From Camelus ferus (taxonomy: Eukaryota), in NCBI RefSeq assembly GCF_009834535.1, contig NC_045697.1, forward strand, positions 121,212,001 to 121,270,977: 58,977 nucleotides of DNA, read 5' to 3'. Below are positions 23,956-36,459 of the stretch, piece after piece. Position 1 is the stretch's first letter. Each line of letters begins with the position of its first letter. The notes under the pieces were generated by a model. It was not told the DNA's origin, ran no database searches, and saw only the letters and a program-made list of their open reading frames with translations. The position numbers were made by a program, and so were the translations under genes.

Positions 23956-24290
23956 TCCAAAAAAAAAAAAAGAGGACAGTTTGTGCATTAAGTATTCACG
24001 TTTATGAGAAACTGTGCTAGGGCCTTTGAATCTTATCAGAACTCAGAATAAAGCTATTACAACCTGGCATTCGCCATTGCTGCAAGTGCGAACATTTTAA
24101 ACTTGAGGGCTAAAATATTTAAATGTGTATATGCCAATAAGTAATTTCAAAAAATAATCAACAATGTATATATTTTGATGACATTATCTTTGTGTAGTAA
24201 CCTTGAAATCTGAGGTTTGATAGGTGAGGCTTATTGTAGTCTTGTTTCTTGGTTTAAAATATTACTAAAATCTTTCTCCTTTTGTTGTAG

Positions 24291-24984
24291 TTGCAGTTCT
24301 ACCATAACCCACATTTTAAACGAGGCTGTCCTCAGCTTCTAGTGAGAATAAAAAGAAGAGTCGGGATTAATGTTGCTTCTGCGGTATCTTCATTAGCTCA
24401 AGATTTCAACAAGAAGCATTTTAAAGCAGGGGGTAATGAGGATACTAATAATTGTGGTTTGGGGGCGGGCACTAGTGGAGCGAGTGTATTGTCAACCTCC
24501 GAAAATTTAAATGTGCCTTTCATAAGGAAGCCCTCAACCAGTCAGAGAACCCTTAATACAGCTACCCCAATTAGAAATGATTTTTCTCCTCCATCATCTA
24601 TGTCCGCTAGACCATCAGAACAAACTGCAGTGGATCAACATGCTATTTTAAATCAGTTGACCACATTTCACGTGCACTCACAAAGCAGCTACACTCAAGC
24701 AAATGGCCGCATATTGAATTTCATTACAACTGCGACGTCTACTTCTCAGTACCGCATCGTATCTCCCGTACAGAGCAGTTACGTTGGACTGGTGGTGGAA
24801 CCGTCTACTTTTCCAACTAGATACCCCGATGTATCAGCCAATGGGTTTTACTTTTCTAACCTGCAACCAGCAGGCAACTTATGGTTCCAAATGCCAATGA
24901 TAGCTCACACCTCTGTTGCCTCTCATTTCAAGGCCAACCCATCAACCATCTTCAGGGTGTGAACGTCATCCAAATTACAACTGA
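24291..24984 (+). CDS. HSFY: HSFY copy 2, exon 2 (apparent +1 frameshift at ~24925)
   Basis: Acceptor TTTGTTGTAG|TTG at 24290/24291. Length to the TGA homologous to copy 1 (24982-24984) is 694 nt, against 693 in copy 1. Intron 23730-24290 (561 bp). Confidence 0.85.
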
Positions 24985-25075
24985 TCTACCAAAGGACTAC
25001 CAGATTATGCAGGATAACATAGATTAAAGTTGATGTTAACAAGTAGCAAAATACTTGCAGTTCTCTTATGTGAGC

Positions 25076-25081
25076 AATAAA
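25076..25081 (+). terminator. Poly(A) signal of HSFY copy 2
   Basis: AATAAA about 90 nt downstream of the TGA at 24984. Confidence 0.6.
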
Positions 25082-26414
25082 GTGCACGTGGACCTGTATT
25101 TGCCTTATTTTCTAAAATAGTGTTAAGAGTAAAACGGTAGGCAAAGCTATCTTTTTTAACCTAGATGTTTGATTGATATGATGACTTGATGTAATCATTT
25201 GGGAGTAAAGTTAAATAATTTCTTGCAAGGAAGAAGAGAAAATGGGAGGATTTGGAGAACACATTTAAATATTATTATACATTAAGGAGTTAATATCCAA
25301 AATATATGTGAAACTCCTAGACTTAACAATAAAAAAAGGCCAAAGAACCCACATAAACAAAGGTCCAGAGGCTCTGAATAGACACATTTGAATAGGTTTT
25401 CGAAAGAAGAGACATAGTTGAGCAAACAACATATGAAGCTACTCCAAAATTTCAGAGCCACAAGTTATTGGGAATACAATAAACCACAAATGAATTATCA
25501 CCTCACACCTGTCAGAATGGCTCTGAACAAAAAGCAAACTAATACATGTTGGTGAGGATATGGAGAAAAGTAAAACCTTGAACACTTTTGATGGGAATAT
25601 AAGTTATCGGTTCCACTGCACTATATGCATCACAGTATCCTCATCCATTTTCCTGTCCAGGGATGTTGGGTTGATTTAATGTGTTGTGGGGGCAGTAAAA
25701 TAAAAGGATGCTTTTATTCTATCGAATGATTTCCCTGCATCTATTGAGATGACCGTGTGAGCTTTATCTGTCATTCTATCAGTGTGGCATATCACACTTA
25801 GTGATTTGAATAATTCAAAGCATTCTTAACTTCCTTGCTCACCGTGTATGATCCTTTCAATGTATTGTTGAATTCATTTTGCTTGTGTTTTGTTGAGAAT
25901 TTTGGCACATGTGCACATCAGGGATATTGTTCTAAGTTTTTTGTGCATTGTCCTTTCTGACTTTGCTATGTAAATAAAGCTGGCTTCATAAAACATGTTT
26001 GGAGACTTTCCCCCCTTCACATTCTTGGAAGAGTTGGAGAAAGAGTGATCTTAAATTGTCTACCAATGTATGACAGAATTCACCACGCAAGGCATCTTAT
26101 GGATTTTTTCCTGGTTTGTAGGTTTTGGTTCCTGATTTACTCACTCATATTATTGGTCTAATTAACATTTTGTAGTTTTTCATAGTTCTTTATTGGTAGA
26201 TGAATATTTCTAGGAATCCATCTTTTGTTCTAGGTCATCTAAATGTTTGGTTAATAATTATCCACGGTAATTTCCTGTGATTCATTGCATCCCCGTAATA
26301 TCAGTGGTGATGCCTCCTCTTTCATTCTGAGTTTTATTTGAGTCTTTATTTTCCTAGACTATGTGCAGAATTGTCCATATCATTTTTTTTTGTAAAATAT
26401 CAAAATTATAATTC

Positions 26415-26548
26415 CTTCTCCTTTGTTCCTACCTTCTTTCCATCCTCTTCCTTTCTCTTTCTTCCTTCCTCTTCCTTTCTCTTCCTTTCTCTTCCTTTCT
26501 TCCTCTTCCTTCCTTCCTTTCTTCCTTTCTTCCTTTCTTCCTTTCTTC

Positions 26549-26623
<75 letters not shown>

Positions 26624-26700
26624 TTTTTCTTCTGTCTCTCTTCCTTCGTTCTTCCTTAATTCATTCCTTCCTTCTTTCCTTCCTTCCTCCCCATTTTTTT
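26415..26700. repeat. (TTTC)n / TC-rich tract (right arm)
   Basis: Long, nearly pure TTTC array at ~26548-26622, flanked by TTCC-type units. Confidence 0.9.
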
Positions 26701-26892
26701 CTTGGTCCTTATGTTATTTGATCTCCTCTCATCCTTTCCATTTTCTTCTTATTATTGTATTTCTCCTAGATCCCGGAGGTGTAAATTTTAGTAGGCAACA
26801 ATCTTTGTATTTTAATAATATCATTTTATTACTCTAAAATTCCCCCTATAACCATTATTTCACATGTCGCATAGGATTTAGGGTGTTGTGTT

Positions 26893-28400
26893 TTCCTTTT
26901 TTTATTCTTCATTTTTTGATATTCCTTTTGATTACTTGACTATCCTATTGTTTATAAGAAGAGTGTTGTTTAATTTTAACATGCCTGTAATTTTAATTTA
27001 ATCTTTCCTCTTGTTATTAATTTCTAGTTTTATTCTACTGAGGTGAGAAAAATTATTTGCTATTACTGTAATCTTTATTATTATACAGTATCCTCCTTTA
27101 ACTCACAGGTTAATTTTTACTTATAAGCTATTTGTGTGAGTGTTGCCACCTGTATTCTCTTTTGCCTGCCATGTGGATGCAATATCTCTCTGCACTTTGA
27201 GCCAATCTGTTTCTGTAAATCTCAGATTTGTCTCTGTAGACAGCATACGGTTGAGTCTCCTTCTCTTGGTCCATTAGAATCTACATGCGCTGTTTTCATA
27301 GTGGCTATGCCAATTTACATTTCCCACAAAGAGAGCCCAAGTGTTTCACTTTTCCACAGCCTCTCGAGCATTTGCTCCCTCTTGCATTCTTGACGACAGA
27401 CCACTCTAACCAGCGTGAAGGGTTTATCACTGTTTTTGATTTGCTTGTCTGAGATAATTTGAGATATTGAGCATATTTTAATGTGTTTATTTCCCCTTTC
27501 TCATGATTTCTTTGGAGAAACATCTATTGAAGTTGTCTTCACATTATTTAGTCAGGTTTTTCCTCTATTAGTAGCATGGGTTCCTAATAGTTTGAATATT
27601 AATCCCCAATCAGATATATGGTTTGTCAAAGTGTTCTCAGCTCCTTCCAGAGGTGGCTTGTTTATTTTGCTGATTATTTCTTTGGTAGAATTCTTATCTG
27701 GCTCTTGGGTCAGGGCAATACTTACCATCAGAAAGCAAGTCTGGAAGTGTTTACATTTCTTCCTTATTTTTTGCAAAGTTTGGAAACATTTATTACAATA
27801 TTTGGTGAAAATTATAGTGAGATTATTCTATCATGTGTTTTGACAGTACTGTGAGGTCTTCATGACTGATTGGAACCACCTTGCTCTTTGGAGATTTTCT
27901 ATTATTTCATGATTCAGTACTTGGTGTGTCATGTTTTGGGGGATTTAGCCATTTGTTCTAGGTTATCCATTTTTTTGTCTTATAAGTTTTTCTAATAGTT
28001 TCCTGTGATCCTTTGATTTTTGTGTCATGAGTTATAATATATTCTATTTTATATACAATTATTCTTATTTGAGAACTCTTTTTTCTTTCTGAATCTATCT
28101 AAAGTTGCATCTATTATTATTTTTTTCAGCAATATCATCTCTTAGTTTACTTTTTATTGTCTGTTGTTTTACTAATCCTTTATTTCATTTAAAATTTCAG
28201 TGTTGGATACATCCTCCCTCCCGTTCATTTGTGTTTGATTCATTGTTCTTCTACTTCTCTGAGGTATATATTTAGGTAGTGAATTTGAGATTTTCCTTTC
28301 AGTGAAGGTGTTTTCACTATAAATTTCCCACTTTGAACATTTTTCACTGCATCTCATAGTGTTTAGCATGTTTATCTCTATTTGTTTTCGTGTGTCTGTG

Positions 28401-28443
<43 letters not shown>

Positions 28444-31400
28444 TAAGATACTGGTTTATTTTCCATGTGGGTTACATCTTTGACCCAGAGCTTGCTCAAG
28501 CATTTCTGCTTTAATTCCACATATTTTTGAATTTTCCAATTTTCATCTTCTTCTTGCTTCCAGTTTTACAATATTGTTGTCAAAATTGATACTTAGGATG
28601 ATTTTAATGTTGGTAAAATTACTGAGTCTGCTCAGGAATTTTAACTTTAAACTATTCTGAGGAATGTTTCACATGAGTTTGAGAAGGCATAGACTTTGTT
28701 GTTGCATGGCAACTTCTGAATGCCTGCAGATCCATTACGATATGGGCTACTTAAAGTCCCATATTTCCTTATTGTTTTTTCTTTCTGGACGATGAAGCCA
28801 TTGTTGACAGAAGATTTTGGATGTCCCCTGCTATACTTTCATTGTTTGCTTCTGGTCTCTTTATGTCTTCAGTTTTTGATCATTGTATTTAAGTGCTCCA
28901 ATGTTGCGTGGGTACATACTTATAATTGTTAATCCTCTTGATGATCTATCCCCTTTATCATTGTCTGTTAACGTTGTTTGCCCCTTTTTATAGATTTTGC
29001 TTTAAAATTTATTTTTTTTCTGATAGAACTGTAGACACTGCTGCCATCTTTGATGGACACCTTCATGAATATCTCTTTCTGGCTCTTCCCATTAATTCTA
29101 TGTGTGTCATTGAAGCTGAAGAGGAACTTGTGTAGGCAGCATAGAGTTGAGGATAATTTTTGTTTAATTTTTTGTTTTCATTCCTGTAGCATCATCTGAC
29201 TCTTAATGAGATAATTTAATCAATTTATTTTTTAGGTAAATCTTGACAAGATAGATCTTACTATGGCCAACTTGTTGTTTTATGGCAACGTTTTAGATCT
29301 TTGTTTCTCTTTTCCCCTTTCATGCTGTCTTCCTTTATTCTTTTAGAATTGATACTTTTCTGTGCTGGTATACTTAAATTCTCTTCTCTTTTGTTAGAGT
29401 GTACCTGTCATTTCTTTGGACTTCCTTGTCCTTGATATTAAGCGAACACTTTGTAGATATGTCTATTTTAAGCTGATTAAAACAAACCTGACTTTGCATG
29501 CAAATACCAGAACTTTTCTTACCCCTTTCCAGGGAGGATGTTGATCCCACACCACTGTGGCAGCCCTCTGCAAGAGCCTATGTAGTCTCAGTTTTCCCTA
29601 TTTTAAAGTTATTGTCATGATAATTCCATACAATTAGTGTAATAAGAGCTAAATCTAACACTTTGGCTTTTAACCTTGAGTCCTGAATTAATGATTAACA
29701 CATGACCATGTTATAGTACTGTGGTATTCCTAACTTTATTTTATCCCTACTTTTACCAATGCATTGCACACTTTCATATTGTGCATGTTATTAATTTTCT
29801 TCCTTTTGTATCAGCTTTAAGAACCCATTACCGCATTTATTCTAATACAGGTGTAATGATGATCAACTCTCACAGCGTTTGGAAAGAGGGTTGGGTGGGT
29901 ATGGATGTTTTTCTCTTGCCTTTATTATGGAAAGTCAACTTTGCTGAATATTTTGGATTGCTGTTTTGTTTCCCTTTTGGCACTTTTTATATAGCAGCCT
30001 ACATCCTCCTGCCTTCAAAGATTCTTGGTGAGAAGGGTGTTCGTCACCATCTGGAGGTTCCCTTGCTAATGGGAGTCTTTCTCTTGCTGCTTTTAAGGGG
30101 GGAAAGTCTCTCTCATGAGTTTGTAGTTTTCTATTCTAATTGAACCCTTGTCTTGAGTTGAGACATTTTTATTCTAATAGAGCTTATTTGGAAAACATAT
30201 TTTTGGGTTAAAATTTTGGATTTGATTGCTCATTAGCTTCATGAGCTTGCATCTCCAAATATCTGCACGTGTGGGAGGTTCTTAGAACTTATTTCTCTAG
30301 ATATGTTTCCTTCTGCTTCAGCCTTACTGCCCCTTTTCAGAATCCATCATGTTGGTGGGTACCTTGATTCCCTTAATGGCCCATAAATTTATGGACTTTC
30401 TTCATTTCCTTTCTTTCTTATATCCATTGTTCTGTCCCTTTGTTGGTTTCATATGTCCCTCACTCCTCATGATCCTTTTAGGCTTCCATAGTCATCTGTA
30501 CATTTGAAGAAGCAGTAACCTCTTCCAGAACATAAGCACTCACTTCAGTAAGGAGAAACATTCACCTGCAGCTCGAGCCACATTGGAACTCACTGTAACA
30601 CCAAGTGGCATGGGCTGTGGTATGACGTGATGTCTCAGTGACTCTGAATGCTGAGGCCCAAAGTGTTGACACTTGGAACCCTTGGCAAGCACTGTGCAGG
30701 TTTTCTGAAGCTGCAAGGGATATTGTCCTTAGTAAAGCCTCCTTTCCCATCAAGTAGGGAACAGTCCATGCTATTGTAATCGCCAGAGAATGTGGAGAGC
30801 ACACACCACTGTGGCAGCCCTCTACAAGTGCCTATGAAGTGGCTTGGGCCAGTTCCAGAAAACCTCTTAAAAATATGGGCCAGGCCTAGGAAGTAGAGTC
30901 TTGGACAGTTGTGGACACACTGACAGTTTTGTGGCCCCAGCTCTCAGCCTGCCCCTCGTGGCTCCAGTGTTTCCAGAAGGGTGTGTGCTTGGCATTAAGT
31001 GCCAATAAAAAGAGTAAGTTGGGTATCATAAAGATGCAGTCAGAAGGGCTATTTGCATATGCGATCAGTGGTCAGACCAATGACAGGAGAGAGGGCTTGG
31101 GCCAAGGCCAGAAGCAGCTGGAAAGGCCCTGGTTATTGGCATGCATTCCTATGAATACATGGTTTTGCCACAGTCACACAGTGACGGTCAGGCATAGCTG
31201 TGTGCAGCCAATGGGGCTAGATGTGGGTGAGCCCCGAGGGACAGGTCAGTGGTAGGAAAAAAGCCAAATTTGGGTCCAGAAACTCCTGTGCAGATCCTGG
31301 CTGTCAGTGTGTGCTTTTGTTGACAGGATCTCCCCAGGGGCTTGCCCATGGCCGAGGAAGCCAGGGACAAGATTTGGGACAGGGGCTTGTGTGTATATAG

Positions 31401-33050
31401 ATGAAAGGGCTCAGTTCAAGTAGCCGTGGTCCTGGGCGGGAATGAGTAGTGATATTTATAAATCTCTGCTCTTAGGCAACTTTGGGGTACTTGGCTACCA
31501 ATATGCACTTTAATGGCTGCATTGTCTCACTGTTGGTGTCTTATAGGTAATAGAGGCCAGTGATGAGAGTCAGGATCATTGTGTGTATGTGCAAATCTAG
31601 GGAGATTATCCTAAAGTTCATGCATGGCTGAGGAGAGTGCTCAGAAGTTTCTAGGATGTAATCCTGCACTCATGCAGACTCAGAGGCTTTGGTTGGCTTC
31701 CCCTGTGGATCATGGTTTCCCAAAGGAACATGGGGTGACCGGTGGCTGGTGTCTGTTAACACAGATTTCTGTGGAGTGAAACCCAATGGAATCTGCTTGG
31801 ACTACATGGCACCCATTCTGACACTGAATGGCTAACCGTGCTACCTTCTCTTCTTCCTTGTTTCTAGCTGTCTCTATACATCCCAGCCCTGGGTGGATCC
31901 TCCTGGTGATGCCCTGAATGCCTAGGGAGTCTAGCCATATACTCTGCTCCTTCATTTCTAGTTAGAAGGCATTCTGTTAGCTGGATAGTGCCCACTTGCC
32001 ACCGAGTAGTGCTGTTCCTGCAGGATGGGAGGATGTGACCAAATGAAGCTGTTTGTCCTTCCCTTTATGAATTCGTTATTCCTATACATTGTGTTCTTCT
32101 GTGTTACCGGGTTTTCTCTAATTCGAACCCTGAGCTGTTTCTCCTCATAGGGAATTGATTAATTTTGATCTTTGGGTGGCAAAGGGGAGTTTGGGACCTC
32201 TTAATTCACCATCTGATTGATGTCAGAGACACCCCTGTGAGGCTCTGCTTGTCTCAGCTCTGTAAGCCAAGAGAGAACCTGAGAGCTTTCCTGTTCTCCC
32301 AGGGGACTTTTCTAAAGTGTCCCAATTTCTGTGCTTTATGCTGTCCCATGAGAGTTGAGCTGGTTGCTGATATCCTACTGTTATCTTTTAGGAATGCACA
32401 TTCCTTCTGCAGAGAATCATGTGTGATCGGTGAGTTGCCATTGTGACATCTGCGGAGTAGCACGGGGCACCAGGCAAGGTGAAATTCAAGTATTTTATAT
32501 GGCATGTGGAATATTGTAGTTGAGTTGGTCCTCAGGGCAGTCTCCTCCAAGAATTTAATTGGGCTTCTGGTAGAGTCTACAAGATGGCTAATCGGATCTG
32601 CAGCCAGTTATTAAGATTCATGTAACGGCTGCCAGAGGACTCCACTGCCTTTTCCTTGCTGTTAGTTGTCCTAAGACAATTTGTCTGTTCAAGCCCCCTC
32701 AAAGTTCTGGGTGGAGCAAGAAAGATGTGGGTTTCTTTGGAAGCATCCCCTAAGGGTGAGGAAATCACACTTCACTCTAATTTTCCTCAGTGGGAGAAAT
32801 TTTAGTCTAAAGGCTTCTCTGTTGGCACTGAGCTATGCTATATTGCAGAAGGGATCATTCATTAAAGTGAAACTCTTCTTACTCTTATCAGCATGTGTAA
32901 TCTCAGATATATTTTTCCTCCTCCAGACGCTGGAACTTCTCAGCTGCCTCACCAATCTCTTATTGATCTTCTCATGCATAGGTGGGTGTGAAAATGTGTA
33001 TATTTCAGGGTGGAGTTTAAAAGGTTAGAACATCTTGTCTTACCATTTGC
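26893..33050 (-). mobile_element. Cluster of old, degraded minus-strand L1 (ORF2/ORF1 remnants, GC-richer 5' UTR-like sequence at ~30560-33050)
   Basis: T-rich reverse L1 motifs (e.g. CTTGTGTAGGCAGCATAGAGTTG, TATAAATTTCCC). Reverse 5'-end-like motifs at ~32200 (CACCATCTGATTGATGTCA) and ~33040. Confidence 0.65.
28405..28441. repeat. (TG)n microsatellite
   Basis: About 18 TG units. Confidence 0.95.
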
Positions 33051-33499
33051 ATATATGAGCTCTTAGCAAATATTTTGCTACTAACTTCCAATGATTATCT
33101 CGTTGATTGATGACTTAATCATCTAGGTTCTCACTCAAATTCTCTGATAGATCAGTATCCTTTTAAAATCATCCTTATTAATGTTTGAAAATCATTTTTG
33201 AAGAAGCAAAATAGCATCATTTGAAATATAATATCTAGAATTTTACCTAAAAGTGTGGTTTAGAATTTACCATCTCACTTTAGCTTTACTTATTGTTAAA
33301 AAATAAACATTTAGTTTTCTTCTTAAATAGCATTATTTTCCTGTGTAGATTAAGTAGAAACTCAAGCGGTTGAACTTATTAACTCCCCTGATTTTACTAC
33401 CAAATTATTTTTCCTTTGGTAACTGATGTTATATTACTAATTTTATATGTCTCAGGTATTTCCTAGGAATGCACAGACTTGGACAGTTGTTTGTATCTA

Positions 33500-34430
33500 A
33501 AAGATCTCAGGGCCAAAAAATAAAGTTAAAATTAAGAACCCAAAGCCATTAAAACCCAAAGGAATACAATGCAGCTCCTGTCAATGACCCTAAAGAAATA
33601 CAAATCTTTGAGCTTCAATAACAACTCATTTAAATAAATGTCATAAAGTCATTCAACTAGGTAAAAGGAGAAGAGTCATAGAAAACAAAATGAACAGTAA
33701 TGAGAATTACAAATGAGAATATCAACAAAACTTTAGAAACTGTTTTTTTAAGTACTAAATAGAACTTCTGACAGAAAAAAATATACAACTGAAATGAAAA
33801 TTTTATTAGAGGTGTTAGCCGACTTGTTCAGTCAAAATGAAGAATCAGTTAATTAGGATAAAAAATTGATATAAACTTATCAGCTCAGTTGAGTGGGAAA
33901 AAAGAAACCAAAAACAAAAACAAAAACAGAACAAACAAACAAAGAAAAAACCCTGTGACTTAAGGAACACTACCCAACAGTGTACTATACAGATTGCAGA
34001 TTTCCCAAACTAAAAGTTAGAAAAGGGGCAGACCCCGTATCTGAAGACCAAGTGACAAAATCTCCTCAAATCTGAGAAAAACAAATGGACATGCAGATAT
34101 AAGATTCAAACAACTACAAATATTACAGAGTACCACACTGAGGCACATTATAATCAATTTTTCTAAAAGCAAATACTAAAAGAGAATCCTTAAAGCAACA
34201 CACGAAAGTAATTCATCACCTAACTTGGACCATTCTTAACAAATCAGTAGATTCGGAGGGGAAACTGCTCAGGTCAGAGGGAAATGAGATAATATATTCA
34301 AAATATTAAAAATAAAACAACAAACAAACAAACCATCACTGCTAACCAATTATTTTAAAATATTATCCAAATATTAAGGGAATTATGAAATTTCCTGCTA
34401 ACCAAATGTGGGGAAAGTTCATTAGTCAAA
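33500..34430 (+). mobile_element. Degraded L1 ORF1 region
   Basis: ACACTGAGGCACATTATAATCAA..AAAGAGAATCCTTAAAGCA; GAGATAATATATTCAAAAT. Confidence 0.6.
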
Positions 34431-34509
34431 AGTACAGTTTAGCTAGATGGAAAGACGTGAACAATTTAGTAGCCATATTTTTAGGATTATTTACCTTTCT
34501 TTTCTAACA

Positions 34510-35125
34510 TTTTTTTTGTTGTTGTTTTATTATTGAGTTAGATTAATTTTACAATGTTGTGCAAATTCCATTGTAGAGGCAAATTTTCAGATACACATGA
34601 ACATACACATATTTGTTGTCACATTTTCCTTCTCTGTGAGTTACCACAAGATCTTGTATATAGTTTCCTGTGCTATAGAGTGCAACCTTTCTTAAGTATT
34701 CTGCATATGCATGTCACTATCTACAAATTTTGAAATCTCAGTCTGTCTCTTCACAACCCCAACCCCCTTGGCAACAACAAGTTTGTGTTCTATGACTATG
34801 AGTATGATTCTGTTTTGTATTTTACTTTCCCCTTAGATTCCACATATGAGCAATCTCATATGGCACTTCTCTTTCTGTTTTCGTCTTTCTTCACTTAGAA
34901 TGAGATTTTCCGGGGATAACCATGTTGCTGCAAATGGTTTATATTGTAAGATTTAAAGCCTGAATAGTATTCCAGTGTATAAATGTAACACATCGTCTTT
35001 ATCCAGTCGTCTGCTGATGGAAATTTAAGCTGTTTCCATGTCTTGGCTTTTGGAAATAGTGCTGCTATGCACATTGGGGTGCAAGTGTCTTTTTGAAGTA
35101 GGGATCCTTCTGGACATGTGCATCT
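34510..35125 (-). mobile_element. Lineage-type L1 3' end
   Basis: Reverse of the 3' UTR seen at ~57300-57890 (TTTCCTGTGCTATA, TTAGATTCCACATATGAGCAATCTCATATGG, TCACTTAGAATGA). Confidence 0.75.
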
Positions 35126-36459
35126 TATTAGATTTCTTCTCTTTCAAATCCCCACTGGCAGTTCATTACTTCCATTTGTTTGGAAGAGGGGGATGGGCAT
35201 CAATCTCCTCTGTCAGTATCCTGCAGAATTGAGGTATCATAAGGGTATTCTTCTAATGGAAGGAATGAACAAGATAATACTTATTGTGGGGGGCTTTTAG
35301 AAAAGTACTTTTGGCGCTTTTACACAAAAGATGAATAGAACAATGTATAAGACAAAAAAATTAAATATAGTCCTAGAGCAGGGAGAAGAGGACCTGACAT
35401 ATCCCTGAGAAAATAGATCTTGGATGCTGTGGAATCCAAGGAATCATATCAGAGAGCCAAGTTGAGATTCTCAACATGACTTCAAGAGCGTGGGCATTGG
35501 AGTCACCTAACACAGGAACCTGGCTGCTTACAACTTGGAGGGATGATGGGATAAAACCACCTATATCTCAAATCAAAGTACACCATTCAGTGTGAATTTC
35601 TGCACAGGTCTCCATTGGGAGGCAGTCTGAATACCCAAAGCCATTTGATTTATTAACAAACAAGAAATGGCCCTGGAGAGGATATTTACAGAGAGAGTTC
35701 AACAGGCTCCTGCTGTTTCAGATTACAGTGACATCTGGTGCAAGTTACTGGGCCTGTCTGGTAGCAAGCTCTCAGGTTAAAAAACCTGAGGGGCAAAGTG
35801 CCTAAGCACAAATATCTGGACATTTTAGCTCTCAGTAGACTTTCGTAATTAGGAATCTTGCTTCGGAGAACTTGTCTTGGAAGAGCTGAGAGAATTCCAT
35901 CCCGGTATCATTTGCTCTATGTCAGAGATTTTAAAGGTCTATAATCAGAGGTATTGTGCTTTTGTGGGAAACTGGAACATGAGTTTTCACAAATACTGTC
36001 CTTACTACCTGTGGCAATGGACTTTAATTAATTTGCCCATCTTTAGGGTTGGCCAGCAAGGAAAGGCTATATAGTGTATTGTTTCAGGTGTTTTGATGTT
36101 TGGAAAAGGCAAAGCTATAGAGAAAAGCTAAAAGATTAAGTGGCTATCATCTGATGATGCAAATGGGGGGATTAGAATGCTTGGAGCAAAGTCAATGTTT
36201 TAGGGCAGTAGACGTTTTTCTGTGTGATACTGTAACATTGAATCATAGCATTATGCTTTGTTTTCAAAATCCACACTACACAACAAAACAAGGAGTGAAG
36301 CAGAACTAAAACTACGAATGCTAGTTGATATTAATGTATCACAGTTTGTTCATCAATTAAACAAATGAACTGCATTGATGCAAGTTGTTATATAAAATAG
36401 GTGAACTTGTGTGAGGGGAAAAGATGTATGCACATTCAATATAGAACTCTCTGTATTTC

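Larger units (their letters stand above)
22515..26892 (+). repeat. Right arm of HSFY-containing palindrome
   Basis: Inverted copy of 15808-20346, covering promoter, gene, 3' flank, L1 fragments and the GA/TC-rich tract. Confidence 0.95.

Noticed and set aside
16143..26721. Hydrophobic F/L/S- or Y/L/F/I-rich ORFs (16143, 16204, 18819, 23767, 26338, 26423)
   Set aside because: They are translations of microsatellites.
15808..26892. Palindrome as a simple missed-adapter hairpin read
   Set aside because: The arms are separated by 2.17 kb of genomic spacer with no adapter-like sequence and differ by substitutions. A pure fold-back is unlikely, though reads are needed to exclude misassembly.
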